Shown here: positions 37,518-49,910 of the stretch, in pieces | Layout of the letters: the number at the start of each line of letters is the position of its first letter | How positions within the stretch are numbered: the stretch's first letter is position 1 | Origin: Veleropilina oligotropha | Lineage: Eukaryota | Direction of reading: 5' to 3' | NCBI GenBank assembly: GCA_048128005.1 | Contig: JBEUKZ010000047.1 | Location: 124,001 to 188,000 of the forward strand | Length of the DNA stretch: 64,000 nucleotides | Program-made: the position numbers and the translations under genes | Notes under the pieces: generated by a model | What the model saw: the letters and a program-made list of their open reading frames with translations, nothing else | Told to the model about the DNA's origin: nothing | Databases searched by the model: none

Positions 37518-38993
37518 CTATTTATTCGGTGGAAGTACGGGCTTTATGGCAAGTTTCGGTTTTTCTTTATGCGAGTGATCCAATGGCTGATCGTTTTCCA
37601 TTGGATCGTCGGCAGGAAGATGTGGCCCAGGTGGTTCAGGGCTCTCGGTCTGCCGGTGTAGTTTGGCTGCTGCCGCCCTCCCACTCTTCGTGGCCGCAGC
37701 AACAATTTCGGACGCAAGGTCCTCAATAATAGTGTCAGTATTATCAATTTGGTCATCGGATGGTTCGTTAGTATCCATCAGGTGACCAAAGCGATTATGC
37801 AGCTTAATAGGGTCCTCGGACCCTTTGGGCTTTCTATCTGATTTAGTATGTTTCTTAGAGGCTGCTGCTTTAGGAACAGCAGCAGTCTCTTTTGTAGAGT
37901 TGCGAGTAGGTTTGATAACTTTGATTGATTTTGATGTTTGAGTTGATTCTGATGATGAAGATGCTAAATTGCTTCGAGATGGCAAAGTGCTGAAAAAAGG
38001 TTCGCCAAATGGCCAGGTGATATCCGTTTGTGTCGAAGAGGATCTAGTGACTGGCTTTCGCTCCGGTGCTGCAGCAATTGCAGCATAGGATTTACCCGAA
38101 GTGGTCCTGGATTCAACCAGTTTCCTGGCATCAGGGAAAGAGATCCGGTCGATAGTTTTGACCCTTTGGATCTCTTTCTCATGCTTCCACTTCGGGCAGT
38201 CCTTAGAGTAAGCAAAATGCTTACCCTTGCAATTGCAGCATAGTGGTGGCTTGGAGCAAGAGTCAGACTCGTGACCCTCCTCGCTACATCGAGCACATGC
38301 GGGATTCCTTCTGCATCGGTCCTTGTGATGCCCAAATGACTGTCATTTGAAGCATCTCAAGGGGTTTGGGATGTAGGGCTCTACAGGGATGATAATATAA
38401 CCAGCTTTAATTGTTCTAGGTAGAACAGGAAGGCGGAAGTCCAGAATGATGGTATTGATGGGGATCTTCTTTCCATCTTTAAACATGGTCAGGCGTGTGA
38501 CCTTGGTCACACCCTGGCTCTTCATGCCTTCCAGCAGTTCCTGTTCACTGCATCCCTGCAGATCCCTAGATCTAATAACTCCCTTGGAGGTATTCAAGGA
38601 CCGATGCGGTCGAATTTCAACGGGAATGTTGACAAATTTTGAAGTTCTAAGGAGATTCTCCGCATGGCTCTTCCTGGCGCATTCGACCAACAGGGTGCCA
38701 TCTCGAAGTTTCTTCACTGATCGAGGTTCGCCAGCAAGACCAAGGATGGCCTTGGAGATGGCGAAGGGACTCAAAGAAGTAATTGGAGTAGTTGAGTCAA
38801 GTGCCTCGATTGTCAAGAATCGTGGCCAGCTTTCCGGTACAGGGGGTGGAGGGTCGGGCCTATATTCAGCCTCCCTCTCAGGATCGAATGGGATTGACCG
38901 GATAGCGGCCATATATTTCGCATCATCATCGTCAGAATCAATATAGTCTAATTTATTTTTACGCCTCTTAATTGCGTGAGTGTGGTGTGCCAT
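37518..38993 (-). pseudogene. Copy C ORF1 (stop in the first knuckle)
   Basis: ORF 38343..39113 ends CFK*; C-terminus in 37518..37985. Confidence 0.92.
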
Positions 38994-39529
38994 ATTGTGT
39001 TTTAGTGTTTCATCACCCGAGGTCCCCGCCCACCCCGGAGCCCAACAAGGGGGCATTTGACAGGTGCGGGATTCCAGCACCCAATGCCAGGGATACCCGG
39101 GTGATATACTCAAATAAGTGAATGAATATTAGTGGTGGGAAGTGTATATCCCACCATTCATTACTCACTTGATTGACCCTTCAGCCACCGCCTTCTGGGA
39201 TATAGATCAATGGGTGTTAAGTGATCTCTTATATAAAATGTTCTGATATTAATATATAATGTTTAATTTTAAAAATAATTTATCCCAGGGCATGGCGTGA
39301 CAAGCCGATTGATCAGATAGGGCCTATCTGACCTCCCGTCTAGCTGAATCCGAGGCCAAAGTAGTGTGTTGCTTCAGCCGAAGCAGAAGCTCAACTACCA
39401 GGACCCTCTTTTCCAACATCACGGGTCGCCACCCACGGCAAACAGGTGGCTCCCATTTGGGGGGATCTTACCCCTCTGCAGGGAGAGCAGTCGGCATATT
39501 CTAACCCCTAACCGACTGGGGGGGGGGGG

Positions 39530-42500
39530 TCGTCATGTATTTCACGACGCTGGCAGAAGTGCATGCATTTAGTTTTGTCCTTTGAGAATTTGAATCCATT
39601 CTCATCGGACCATATCTGTAATTTATTTAGGCCATGTTGTAGCTGGCGTTCTATACTGTTCATATTTGTTGAACGATAGCAAATGCCAAAATCGTCAACA
39701 AACAATGAACAGTCAGTGCCAGTACTAATACATTTGACGATACTGTTTATTTTAATACTGAATAGGGTGACTGATAAAATACTTCCTTGAGGGACACCCA
39801 TCTCCTGGTCGTGGATATCGGAGAGGGTGTCACCCACCTTGACTTTAAAATTTCTATCCTCAAGGAATTTCGAAATAAAATTGGGCAAGTGGCCCTTTAA
39901 ACCAAAATCAAACAAATCCTTCATAATCCCGTACTTCCAAGTAGTGTCGTAGGCCTTCTCTAGATCGAAAAAAACAGCAACTAAATGTTGTCTGTTTAGG
40001 AAGGCCTCACGAACAAAAGTTTCCAGACGTACCAAGTGATCTGTGGTGCTCCGGTTGCGCCGGAACCCACATTGATATTCTGTAAGTAAATTATTTGATT
40101 CTAAGTACCAAACTAATCTCTCGTTTATCATCCTTTCCATGGTTTTACAAATACAACTCGTCAGGGCTATGGGTCGATAACTGTTGGGATGTGATGTATC
40201 TTTTCCCGCCTTTGCAATTGGGATAATTGTAGCTTCCCTCCATGAGGGAGGGAAGGTTCCAGTTTCCCAGATAGTATTGAATATTGCAAGTAGAGTTGTA
40301 AGTGATGTTCCAGGTAAGTGCTTAAGTAATTGATAGTGAATGTCATCAGGGCCAACTGCTGTGTCATGTGCCTTGTTTAGTGAAGCTGTGAGTTCCTTGT
40401 GTGAAAATGGCTGATTGTATGACTCTGTATTGTTGGATCTAAAATTGAGTCTTGTTTTTTCTTTTTGATGCTTAAAACGGCGGAATTTTGGAGTGCAGTT
40501 GTCGGATGATGAATTGGCAGAAAAGGTATCTGCCAATGTGTTTGCAATGTCTTTAGCCGTGGTTGCTTCTAATGTGTTTGTTTTAAGGTGCTTGATGCAG
40601 TTGGGTGTATGCTTGCCACTAATTTTACGGATCATATCCCATGTTTTTTTAATAGTGGAACGAGAGTTTAGTTTGGTAACGTAGGAATGCCAGGATTCCC
40701 TTTTGCTGTGCTTGATGGTACGTCTGGCTTGTGCTCTTAATAGCCTAAAGCTATTAAGATTTTGTAGTGTTGGGTGCTGTTTAAATGTTAAAATTGCATG
40801 TATGCGTGCTTGGATTGCTTGTCTGCAGTCTTCATTAAACCAAGGTTTATTTTGTGTTTGGCATTTGGGCAGGTCTTTGGAATTGAGAGTGTTGCAATGT
40901 CATTTAGTGTTGTAGAGAAACTTGATATTGGGTCTTCGCCATTAGTGAAGTTATTTAAGTGTAATTGCTCTTCGCAAAGAGATTGGAATTTCCCCCAATC
41001 TGCTTTGTGAAGTTTCCACCGTTCAGTATGTTCTTGTGTTTGATTTATTGTGCTTTCCAGGAAAATTGGAAAGTGGTCGCTTCCGCAAAGGTCTTCACCA
41101 ACTTTCCAAGTAAAGTCCAGGAAAGCAGATGGGTCGCACATGGTAAGGTCAATGGTGGTAAGTGAGCCTGTAGGTGGATGCATGTATGTTGGCGATTTGG
41201 TAGTATTAAATAGACACATATTGTGTCTCCCAATAAAGTCCTCTATTTGATGTCCCCGTTTATCAGTGTCAGTACCGCCCCAATCAGTACTATGGGCGTT
41301 AAAGTCGCCACACAGTACGAATGGGGTCGGTAGCTGATCGATGAGATCGTCAAGGTCAGTAGGATGTATGTTTATACCTGGTGGTAAGTATACCGAGCAA
41401 ATAGTTATTACTCGGTGAATCGATATTTTCACCGCTACTGCCTGCAAGTTGGTGTTTAAGTTGACCTGGCTATGTGGTGTTCTGTTGTTGACGATGATTG
41501 AAACCCCCCCTGTAGCCTTGTCACCTGTGGTGACGATGTGATTATATAGTGAGTGATCTTTAATGCGTATGTTGTCTGTGAGTTTCATGTAAGTTTCATT
41601 GAGACAAAATGCTATTGGTTTGTTGTCTTGTATAAGTAAATTGATCTCATCAATATTCGGTTTAATGCCTCTACAATTCCATTGTATTAGTGTACCTGTC
41701 ATGTTGTGTTGTTGGTGTATTTATGTAAGTAATTCGTGTGTAGTGCTGTGCTATAATTTACTACTTGTTTGGTGGAAGTACGGGCATTTTTTAAGGTATG
41801 GGCTTTGCCGATGGTCGATCCAATGGTTTATCATCCATTGGATCGTCGACAGACGGTGGTGGTAGGGGTGGATCGTCCACCACTTTAGTCTGTCGGTTTA
41901 GCTTGACTTTGACAGCTGCTGCTGCTGCCTTCCTACCCTTCTCGGTAGCAGCAGCAACTATGTCAGCGGCAAGGTCCTTAATGGTAGTGTCAGGATCGCT
42001 TTGGTCATCTGATGGTTCGATGGTATCCATCAGATTATCAAAGCGATTATGCAGCTTAATTGGGTCCTCGGACCCTTTGGGCTGTCTGTTTGGCTTAATT
42101 GTTTGTTTCTTAGAGGCTGCTGCTTTAGGAGCAGCAGCAGTCTCTTTTGTCGAGTTGCGAGTAGTTTTGTTTGTAGGTTTGATAGGTTTGAAAGGTATTG
42201 TTGTTTGTGTTTCTGATGATGATGATGCTAACTTGTTTCGAGATGGTACAGTACTGAAGAATGGTTTGCCAGATGGCCAGGTAATGTCAGTTTGCGTCGA
42301 AGAGGATCGAGTGATCGGCTTTTGCTCTGGTGCTGCAGCAATTGCAGCATAGGATCTGCCCGAAGTAGTGCGGGATTCCACCAGTTTCCTGGCATCCGGG
42401 AAAGAGATCCGGTCGATGGTCTTGACCCTCTGGATCTCTTTCTCGTGCTTCCACTTCGGACAGTCCTTAGAGTAAGCGCAGTGCTTACCCTTGCAATTGG

Positions 42501-43812
42501 TGCACAGAGGCTGTTGGGAGCAAGAGTCAGAGTCATGACCCTCTTCGCTACAACGAGCACATGCGGGATTTCTTCTGCATCGGTCTTTGTGATGCCCAAA
42601 TGCCTGGCATTTGAAGCATCTCAAGGGATTTGGAATGTATGGTTCTACAGGGATGTTGATGTAACCAGCTTTAACATATTTCGGAAGCACTGGAAGGCGG
42701 AAGTCCAAGATGATGGTGTTGATGGGGACTTTCTTCCCATCCTTGAACATTGTCAGGCGTGTAACCTTGATTACACCCTGACTAGCCATGCCTTCCAGCA
42801 GTTCGGGTTCACTGCATCCCTGCAGGTCCCTGGATCTAATAACTCCCTTGGAGCTGTTCAAAGACCGATGCGGTCTGATTACTACAGGAATATTAACAAA
42901 TGTATCAGTTCTAAGAAGGTTTTCCGCATGGCTCTTTCTGGCGCATTCAACCAGTAGTGTGCCATCTCGTAGTTTTTTAACGGATCGTGGTTCGCCAGCC
43001 AGGCCGAGAATGGCCTTGGATATGGCGAACGGACTCAGAGAAGTGATTGGAGTGTTGGAATTGCACGATTCCACCGTTAAAAAACTGGGCCAGCTTTCCG
43101 GTACGACTGGTGGAGGGTCAGGTCTATAAGGAGCATCTAGCTCAGGATGATATGGGGTAGACCGGAAAGCGGCCATGAATTTAGCGTCATCATCATCAGA
43201 AACAGAGTCAACGGATATATTCCGTCGCTTTGCTGCTGTATGGTTTCGGCGTTTAAGAGGGTGTGGAGTTGCCATATTTTGTGTATTAAGTTTCATCACC
43301 CGAGGTCCCCGCCCACCCCGGAGCCCAACAAGGGGGCATTTTAATGGGTGCGGAGTTCCAGCACCCAATGCCAGGGATACCCGGGTGATATACTCAAATA
43401 AGATAATGAATGTAGTGGTGGGAAATGTGTATCCCACCATCCATTACTCACTTGATTGACCCTTCAGCCACCGCCTTCTGGGATATAGATCAATAGCTGT
43501 TATATGATCTGTTGTATTCAATGTGTAATATTAGAATATATTGATCGATGTTAAGATTAAATGTTAAGTTATCCCAGGGCACGGCGTGACAAGCCGATTG
43601 ATCAGATAGGGCCTATCTGACCTCCCGTCTAGCTGAATCCGAGGCCAAAGTAGTGTGTTGCTTCAGCCTAAGCTGAAGCTCAACTACCAGGATCCTCTTC
43701 TCCAACATCACGGGTCGCCACCCACGGCAAACAGGTGGCTCCCATTTGGGGGGATCTTACCCCTCTGCAGGGAGAGCAGTCGGCATATTCTAACCCCTAA
43801 CCGACTGGGGGG
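39530..43812 (-). mobile_element. LINE copy D, 3'-truncated inside RT
   Basis: 5' UTR, ORF1, APE (40788..41702) and RT up to IHDDP, fused to the 5' end of copy C. Confidence 0.96.
41791..43296 (-). CDS. Copy D ORF1, essentially intact nucleic-acid-binding protein (last ~10 aa lost)
   Basis: Open frame 41791..43440; probable start at ATG 43296 or 43275 by comparison with other copies; 3 CCHC knuckles. Confidence 0.88.
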   Translation of the reverse strand: MKLNTQNMATPHPLKRRNHTAAKRRNISVDSVSDDDDAKFMAAFRSTPYHPELDAPYRPDPPPVVPESWPSFLTVESCNSNTPITSLSPFAISKAILGLAGEPRSVKKLRDGTLLVECARKSHAENLLRTDTFVNIPVVIRPHRSLNSSKGVIRSRDLQGCSEPELLEGMASQGVIKVTRLTMFKDGKKVPINTIILDFRLPVLPKYVKAGYINIPVEPYIPNPLRCFKCQAFGHHKDRCRRNPACARCSEEGHDSDSCSQQPLCTNCKGKHCAYSKDCPKWKHEKEIQRVKTIDRISFPDARKLVESRTTSGRSYAAIAAAPEQKPITRSSSTQTDITWPSGKPFFSTVPSRNKLASSSSETQTTIPFKPIKPTNKTTRNSTKETAAAPKAAASKKQTIKPNRQPKGSEDPIKLHNRFDNLMDTIEPSDDQSDPDTTIKDLAADIVAAATEKGRKAAAAAVKVKLNRQTKVVDDPPLPPPSVDDPMDDKPLDRPSAKPIP

Positions 43813-44757
43813 CCCTTGGAGCTGTTCAAGGACCGATGCAGTCTGATTTCTACGGAGATGTTTACAAATGTATCAGATCGAAGGAGATTCTCCGCATGGA
43901 TCTTCCTGGCGCATTCCACCAGTAGAGTGCCATCTCGGATTTTTTAAAGGATCGCAGTTCGCCTGCCAGGCCGAGAATGGCCTTGGATATGGCGAACGGA
44001 CTTAACGAAGTGATTGGAGTATTCGAGTTAAGCGATTCCACCATTAAAAAACGGGGCCAGCTTTCCGGTACAGGAGGTGGAGGATCAGGCTTATATGGAG
44101 CCTCTATCTCAGGGTCGTAAGGAGTAGACCGGAAAGCGGCCCTAAATTTAGCATCGTCATCATCATCAGAATCGATCGAAATATTTTGCGCCTCTTAAGT
44201 GCGTGAGTGTGGTGTTTGTGTGCCATAGTGTTATTTTAGTATTTCATCACCCGAGGTCCCCGCCCACCCCGGAGCCCAACAAGGGGGCATTTAACAGGTG
44301 CGGAGTTCCAGCACCCAATGCCAGGGATACCCGGGTGATATACTCAAATAAGAGAATGAATATTAGTGGTGGGAAGTGTATATCCCACCATTCATTCCTC
44401 ACTTGATTGACCCTTCAGCCACCGCCTTCTGTGATATAGATCAATGGATGGTAAGTGATCTATGATATGACGTTTTAAAATGTAAAATTTAAATGATGTT
44501 ATGTTAAAATTAAATTATCCCAGGGCACGGCGTGACAAGCCGATTGATCAGATAGGGCCTATCTGACCTCCCGTCTAGCTGAATCCGAGGCCAAAGTAGT
44601 GTGTTGCTTCAACCGAGGCCAAAGCTCAACTACCAGGACCCTCTTTTCCAACATCACAGGTCGCCACCCACGGCAAACAGGTGGCTCCCATTTGGGGGGA
44701 TCTTACCCCTCTGCAGGGAGAGCAGTCGGCATATTCTAAACCCTAACCGACTGGGGG
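43813..44757 (-). mobile_element. LINE copy D2, 3'-truncated inside ORF1
   Basis: 5' UTR plus a frameshifted ORF1 start; fused to the 5' end of D on the left and to Sola2 coding sequence on the right. Confidence 0.95.
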
Positions 44758-45330
44758 AGTTCAAAGAAGAGGATGCAACAAGGAAACTTTTGTACAGAAA
44801 GGAATTATCTCCTGGAAAATGGAAACATAATACAGAAATGTCAAAACTTCGAATGAGAGAAATGAGGAAACGATGCAAATTGTCGACAGTGTCAACCGGA
44901 TCTCAAGTAAAAACACGGAATGAGCGTGAGAAATTACATACCCAGTGGAGGAATGCAAAACAAAAACATCGACATAACATGACCCCACAGGCAAAAACAA
45001 GACAGTTGGAAGGAAGGAGGAAAAAGTACAACTTGGTTAAAAGTGGAACTACAGCTGATAGTGATAGTGGTACATTACTATCTGCAGATGAAATTGAAAC
45101 TGCAATACAAAATGCTACCCCTAGAAGAAAGTCTGTATTGAAATCCAATGGAATCTTGAACACGCCAAAAACCAAAAAGTCCAATGAGGTAAATAGAAAG
45201 ATAGTCAGAAATCTGATGGTATCACTGAAGAAAATGAAATCTGACAACCAACAAATATAGAATCGATAATAACATAAGAAGAGCCTTAGATGTTGGGTTT
45301 TACTTTTGGAGATCTGCATCGCTCGGTCTC

Positions 45331-47286
45331 ATGGAAAAGGAGAATTTGCCAGACAGAAGTAGAGGGATGTCAACTGAACAACAGAAGTCAGTTCAAGATT
45401 TCTATCTGGAGGAGGCAACAACTCTACCTGGAAAACGTACAGTAAATGTAAGGACCCTTGTGCAAAAGGTGGTCCTAAATCAAACAACAGCACAGCTTCA
45501 CAAGAAATTTCTGCTACACAAAAGTGGTAAATTATCGCTCAGCAAATTTAGAATGCTTCGTCCTAAGCATTGTTTGACAATGTCTCACCACAAGTTCATT
45601 GGGTGTATCTGTGAGTATTGCACGAATGTGGAACTCAAGTTGAAAGTATTAGAGGCTGCAGCAAGAAGAGAAAACAGGTCACTTACCATCAAAGACAAAT
45701 TTGGACTTTGTAATATCAGCATGTGCAGAAAAGATGGGGAATACCATGATCGGAAATGTGTTGAAAGGAAGTGTAGTGATTGCGGCTTGGAGAAGCTACA
45801 CGAGATGTTTGCATGTTTGCCCAACGAAAAACAGGTAAATTGGAAGAAATGGGAAAATGGAACAATTACGTACACCACAGGAAAATCAACAAAACGGAAA
45901 ATTATCATTGACAAAACTAGTACAATTAAAGATTGCATTGACGAACTATGCCAGGAAGCATATACCATCACAAAACATCTGTTTGTAGCCAAGTGGCAAC
46001 ACAATGCCTTCAAGCAACTGTCCACAAACGTACCACCAAAATGGCTCCTAACTGTTGAAGATTTCGCAGAAAACTACAGATGTTTATTTCAAGATGAGGT
46101 CCAATCCGCTTACTATCAATACCAACAGGCAACGGTCCATCCAATGATCGCATACTATTCCTGTCCAATATGCAATTCTTCCCAGATAAGAGAAGATGCT
46201 GTCTTTATATCAGCAGATATGAAACATGACAACTTTGCGGTTCAGCAATTTACATCACGTATGCACTCCCATATCTTAATTGATCGTGGAGTGACCTTCA
46301 ACCATGCAGTTCAGTTCAGTGATGGTTGTGCAGCTCGGTTCAAATCCAAATGTCCATTTCAACATGTATCCGAAAGATCCACTGAAAGTGTCAAGTTTGA
46401 GAGGGCATATTTTGGATCTCGACATGGGAAAAGTCCCTGCGATGCTCTTGGTGGTGTTGTTAAAAAAGCTGCAGAACAATTCGTCAAAAGTCGTAGAGGT
46501 GTCATACAGAACGCAGAGCAACTCTTCAACTTCTGTCAAAATAACATGACCATTGATTCCAAAGAGAATGGCAAGTGCGAACACACCAAACGAGTTTTCT
46601 TTTATGAGAAAACTATCAATAGACCACAATCCAATTCAGTACTTCAGACTGTCAAAGGAACACAACAAATACATCAAGTCCAAGGGATAAAGCCAGGAAT
46701 GGTTAAAACTAGGAACCTCGCTTGCTTCTGTGCTGTGTGTACAGACCAAGAATGTGACCAGAGGCCATGTTATAACAAGCGATATGTGGATGATTGGCAA
46801 GAACATGTCACCATGAAAGTAGCTATTAATAGTAAAAACAAGAAAATTCAGAACAGAGGAACTTCGAAAAGCACACAGCGGAAGAATGACCATCGCTCCG
46901 TCGAAGTAATTTCTAACAATAAATCTGATCAGAACAGGAAGAGACCAGCATCTTCTAAGGTCAGTCCATCAATTTCTAAACCTCAGAAAAAAGGGAAAAT
47001 TTTGGACAAGACAAAAGGATGCCAACAAGCAACAATACTAAATGACAAGGAATTTTCGAAAAGCCCACTGCTGACAAAAGACATTGCTTCAGAAGACCTG
47101 AATATGGAGCTGCCTTTCGAGGATGAGATGAATTTAAGTCATGAACTTGACGATAGTTTGATTAAGATTATCTTGAGTGGCCTACAAGATAACATTGATG
47201 GCGTGTCGAATTCCATCCTATCCGACGTTCCTGAAGACTTCCCTCTGTCGGCCATCAACGAGGCCCATCATCAGACCTCCATGTAA
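45331..47286 (+). CDS. Sola2-like DDD transposase (651-aa open frame)
   Basis: CICEYC, C..RKCSDCG, HLFVAKWQ, DFAENY..QDEVQSAYY..QATVHP, KHD, FSDGCAARFK, HGKSPCDALGGVVK, VKGTQQIH. Confidence 0.85.
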   Translation: MEKENLPDRSRGMSTEQQKSVQDFYLEEATTLPGKRTVNVRTLVQKVVLNQTTAQLHKKFLLHKSGKLSLSKFRMLRPKHCLTMSHHKFIGCICEYCTNVELKLKVLEAAARRENRSLTIKDKFGLCNISMCRKDGEYHDRKCVERKCSDCGLEKLHEMFACLPNEKQVNWKKWENGTITYTTGKSTKRKIIIDKTSTIKDCIDELCQEAYTITKHLFVAKWQHNAFKQLSTNVPPKWLLTVEDFAENYRCLFQDEVQSAYYQYQQATVHPMIAYYSCPICNSSQIREDAVFISADMKHDNFAVQQFTSRMHSHILIDRGVTFNHAVQFSDGCAARFKSKCPFQHVSERSTESVKFERAYFGSRHGKSPCDALGGVVKKAAEQFVKSRRGVIQNAEQLFNFCQNNMTIDSKENGKCEHTKRVFFYEKTINRPQSNSVLQTVKGTQQIHQVQGIKPGMVKTRNLACFCAVCTDQECDQRPCYNKRYVDDWQEHVTMKVAINSKNKKIQNRGTSKSTQRKNDHRSVEVISNNKSDQNRKRPASSKVSPSISKPQKKGKILDKTKGCQQATILNDKEFSKSPLLTKDIASEDLNMELPFEDEMNLSHELDDSLIKIILSGLQDNIDGVSNSILSDVPEDFPLSAINEAHHQTSM

Positions 47287-47429
47287 GTATATAATGATGC
47301 AGTGAGATTGTAATGTGATTGTTTTACATACAGTACTCATTTTTGCAGGGTACTCTTACATTTCGGAGCACCTGATTTCACATCTGGTATGATAGTCGTT
47401 CATGTTGTCTTGAGCTGGCTATCTGCTCA

Positions 47430-47597
47430 CATAGCCGTGTGTGCCATCTCTGACATGAGCGAGTTCAGTTACCAATCGCAATTGTCCATAACTGGTCTGA
47501 GAGGGCAGGTTTTCTCAGGCGACCTTGCTTTTCTTCCGTGATAATAAGGACATGTCCTGATTTGAGCCAGAATGTTGTAAATATACAGGACAGTACT
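47430..47597 (+). mobile_element. Older diverged copy of the SINE at 20067
   Basis: ttgtccataactggtctgagagggcaggtt..ggcgacc..ggacatgtcctg..atgttgtaaatatacaggaca aligns with 20196-20306. Confidence 0.6.
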
Positions 47598-47602
47598 GTT
47601 AA

Positions 47603-47946
47603 AGGGACAGGGTCTGCTTCTGATCGCTAAATACTATTAAACACCATTTAATCTAACACGTTTTGTATGTATTCATTGTCTAAAGTTGGGATGGTTTACA
47701 TATGACCACATTCTGGAAAAAAATTGGACATTTAATAAAAAGTTATTTTTATTTAAATTTTGATTAAAAGGCGTACGCTTTTTAATCAAAATTTAAATAA
47801 AAATCACTTTTTATTAATTGTCCAATTCTTTTTCAGAATGTGGTAATATGTAAACCATCCCAACTTTAGACAATGAATACATATAGAAAGTGTTACATTA
47901 AATGGTGTTTAATAGTATTTAGCGATCTGAAGCAGACCCTGTCCCT
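47603..47946. mobile_element. Fold-back MITE, TTAA TSD, AG...CT ends (Kolobok-type)
   Basis: ttaa|agggacagggtctgcttc ... gaagcagaccctgtccct|ttaa. The arms are complementary up to the centre aaaggcgtacgcttt. Confidence 0.9.
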
Positions 47947-49910
47947 TTAAGCATCGATTCAATTTCAATCATGTTGTCCCGAGAGACCTCTCTGTTGTGC
48001 AGTGTGGTAAGAGTGGATTTGACCCCGGTTGAGGACATCTTGGAGTTTATCTGTCATGGTGGGTTGGTTTCACCAGATCTTCACAACTTTCCTTCCACGT
48101 CCTGAAAACTAAGTTTTGATGTGAAGCTCCTCTATATTATCTGTATTTCAATAAAAGGTAGCTATGCCCTTTGATGCAGGAAACAGCATTCCACATTCAT
48201 CATTGCTGATGAGGTTGACGTCAACCATGGTACCTTTGAAATGTACCATGGGAAAATTTATATATCGATATATACCCATAATTAAGTTGAGGGTACCATG
48301 ATTGGGTTGACATCGTATTTGCCACTGGTTTGTTTTACAGAATGTCAGGTTTACGATCATGTGTTTTGGTCTTTTTGAAAGTTTGAGAGTGCGCAGACAT
48401 GAAGAGTTCATAATCTTTCGTTCTACATGCTCATGCAGCTAGACGTGCAGTCCAAATGTATCAGCATTCATTTTACATGTTCCAATGCAACTAAACAATT
48501 GCAATCTACACCATTACATCTCTTGAAAACAATGTCAGTACCGGCACTATATTTCGAGGTGAAGTATATGATCCAAAAACAAAGTCATTGCTTGGATAAT
48601 GAGATATTTTGTTTTTAATTAATATTATGTAATTACTACTGTACAGCAAGCCTAATCTATAACTAATACAATATCAAAATGATATTAAAGAACCATTGTA
48701 CTCTATTTCAATTATTAATGATACGTGTGTATACATGCATGATATTATGTTCTGTACATCTAGCATACAATTTGCTTGTTGTGTGACTGTTTTTGCCTTT
48801 GAAGTAAATTTGTTATGATTGTTGAAAGTTTTACTACTACTTCTCACATTATGATCGTATTTTATTACAATCTTGCAACTAGTGGATAGAAAACATTTGT
48901 CATGGTACTCTTCTGAAGTTGATAATAAGTGAGTTGGGAGATGTTTGAAATTTTTATACAGCTAGTACAGATCAATAAGATTGTGCTTGCAAATGAAATT
49001 ATATATTATTAGAACAAATAATTACACTTTTTTACATTTTGAGCGAACTATAATGTAAATGGGACCATACTATTCTTGTAAGGCTGAAGAAGATCGATTA
49101 TCAAATGCTATTAAATTTCCTGATACTTTCAAATGTGTTCTAATTATTAAAGGTACAAACTACGGGCGATAACCCGCACTTGATCGAGATTGATAGATAT
49201 TACCCTGTTTACAGTTATTAGTATGATATGTGTCTCTGACATCTTTAGGTTCAACCTAATTAGCAAAAACTTTCAATCTGTAAAGTAAAGGAGATATGAT
49301 TTGAATCAAGGCATATTAGACCTGTTAACAGATATGGGCGTATCAGGACTCGTCCATGTATTATCATGGGAGAAACGACCAGAATACCCATCCTCATCTG
49401 TCGATTATAGCTACCTTGCCTGAAAATCTCCAGTGCCTCGACCTGTATCGAACATGTAACTTTAAAACCAGCACAGCCAGTGGAAGTAGATTTGGAACAA
49501 TGCGTTTACCCACCACCACGGAGACGCTGGATATCAATGGAAAGGAATTGCTGTGAAAAGTTAACTGAAAATGCCCATAAAACCATTTCTTGTTGATATT
49601 GACAGTCTTCACATTTTAGGATGCACTGTTGAAAGCATATATATTAATGATTTGATTTGATTTGATGTTTAACGACCACGCCGACATTATTTCAGTCATA
49701 ATCGGGTCAATAAAATAAAAATGATCGTGATTGGTATATTTACAGGTTAAAATATATAAATATCGATAAAAAGGCAAGTAAAAACAATGTAAATTTAGAT
49801 AAAAAAAACAAAGCAATAAAATAAAATGCTAGTGATAAAAAACAAGTATAATAATAAAAAATAAAATCTGAAATTTGTGAAATAAATACTATTAAAAAAT
49901 AAAATATAAA

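Larger units (their letters stand above)
33451..39529 (-). mobile_element. Full-length LINE copy C, no TSD
   Basis: (tgatt)n tail at 33451; 5' end with a 12-G run at 39518-39529; the two flanks are unrelated (R2 and copy D ORF2). Confidence 0.96.
44758..49351 (+). mobile_element. Sola2-like DNA transposon, left end removed; right end tentative
   Basis: Basic N-terminal coding fragment 44758-45260 plus transposase. Possible GRG-type terminus gggcgtatcaggactc at ~49351 (inferred). Confidence 0.5.

Noticed and set aside
26700..39792. Composite B-R2-C insertion with a long TSD (26700-26816 vs 39676-39792)
   Set aside because: About 7 differences in 117 bp and the boundaries do not abut; too diverged for a recent duplication.
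44601..45260. L1-ORF0-like antisense ORF in the 5' UTR (xLLQP..PNRLG), fused here to Sola2
   Set aside because: Starts at GTG with no ATG, is about 52 codons of GC-rich structured UTR, and is frameshifted in the 26.6-kb copy; conservation is explained by the UTR itself.
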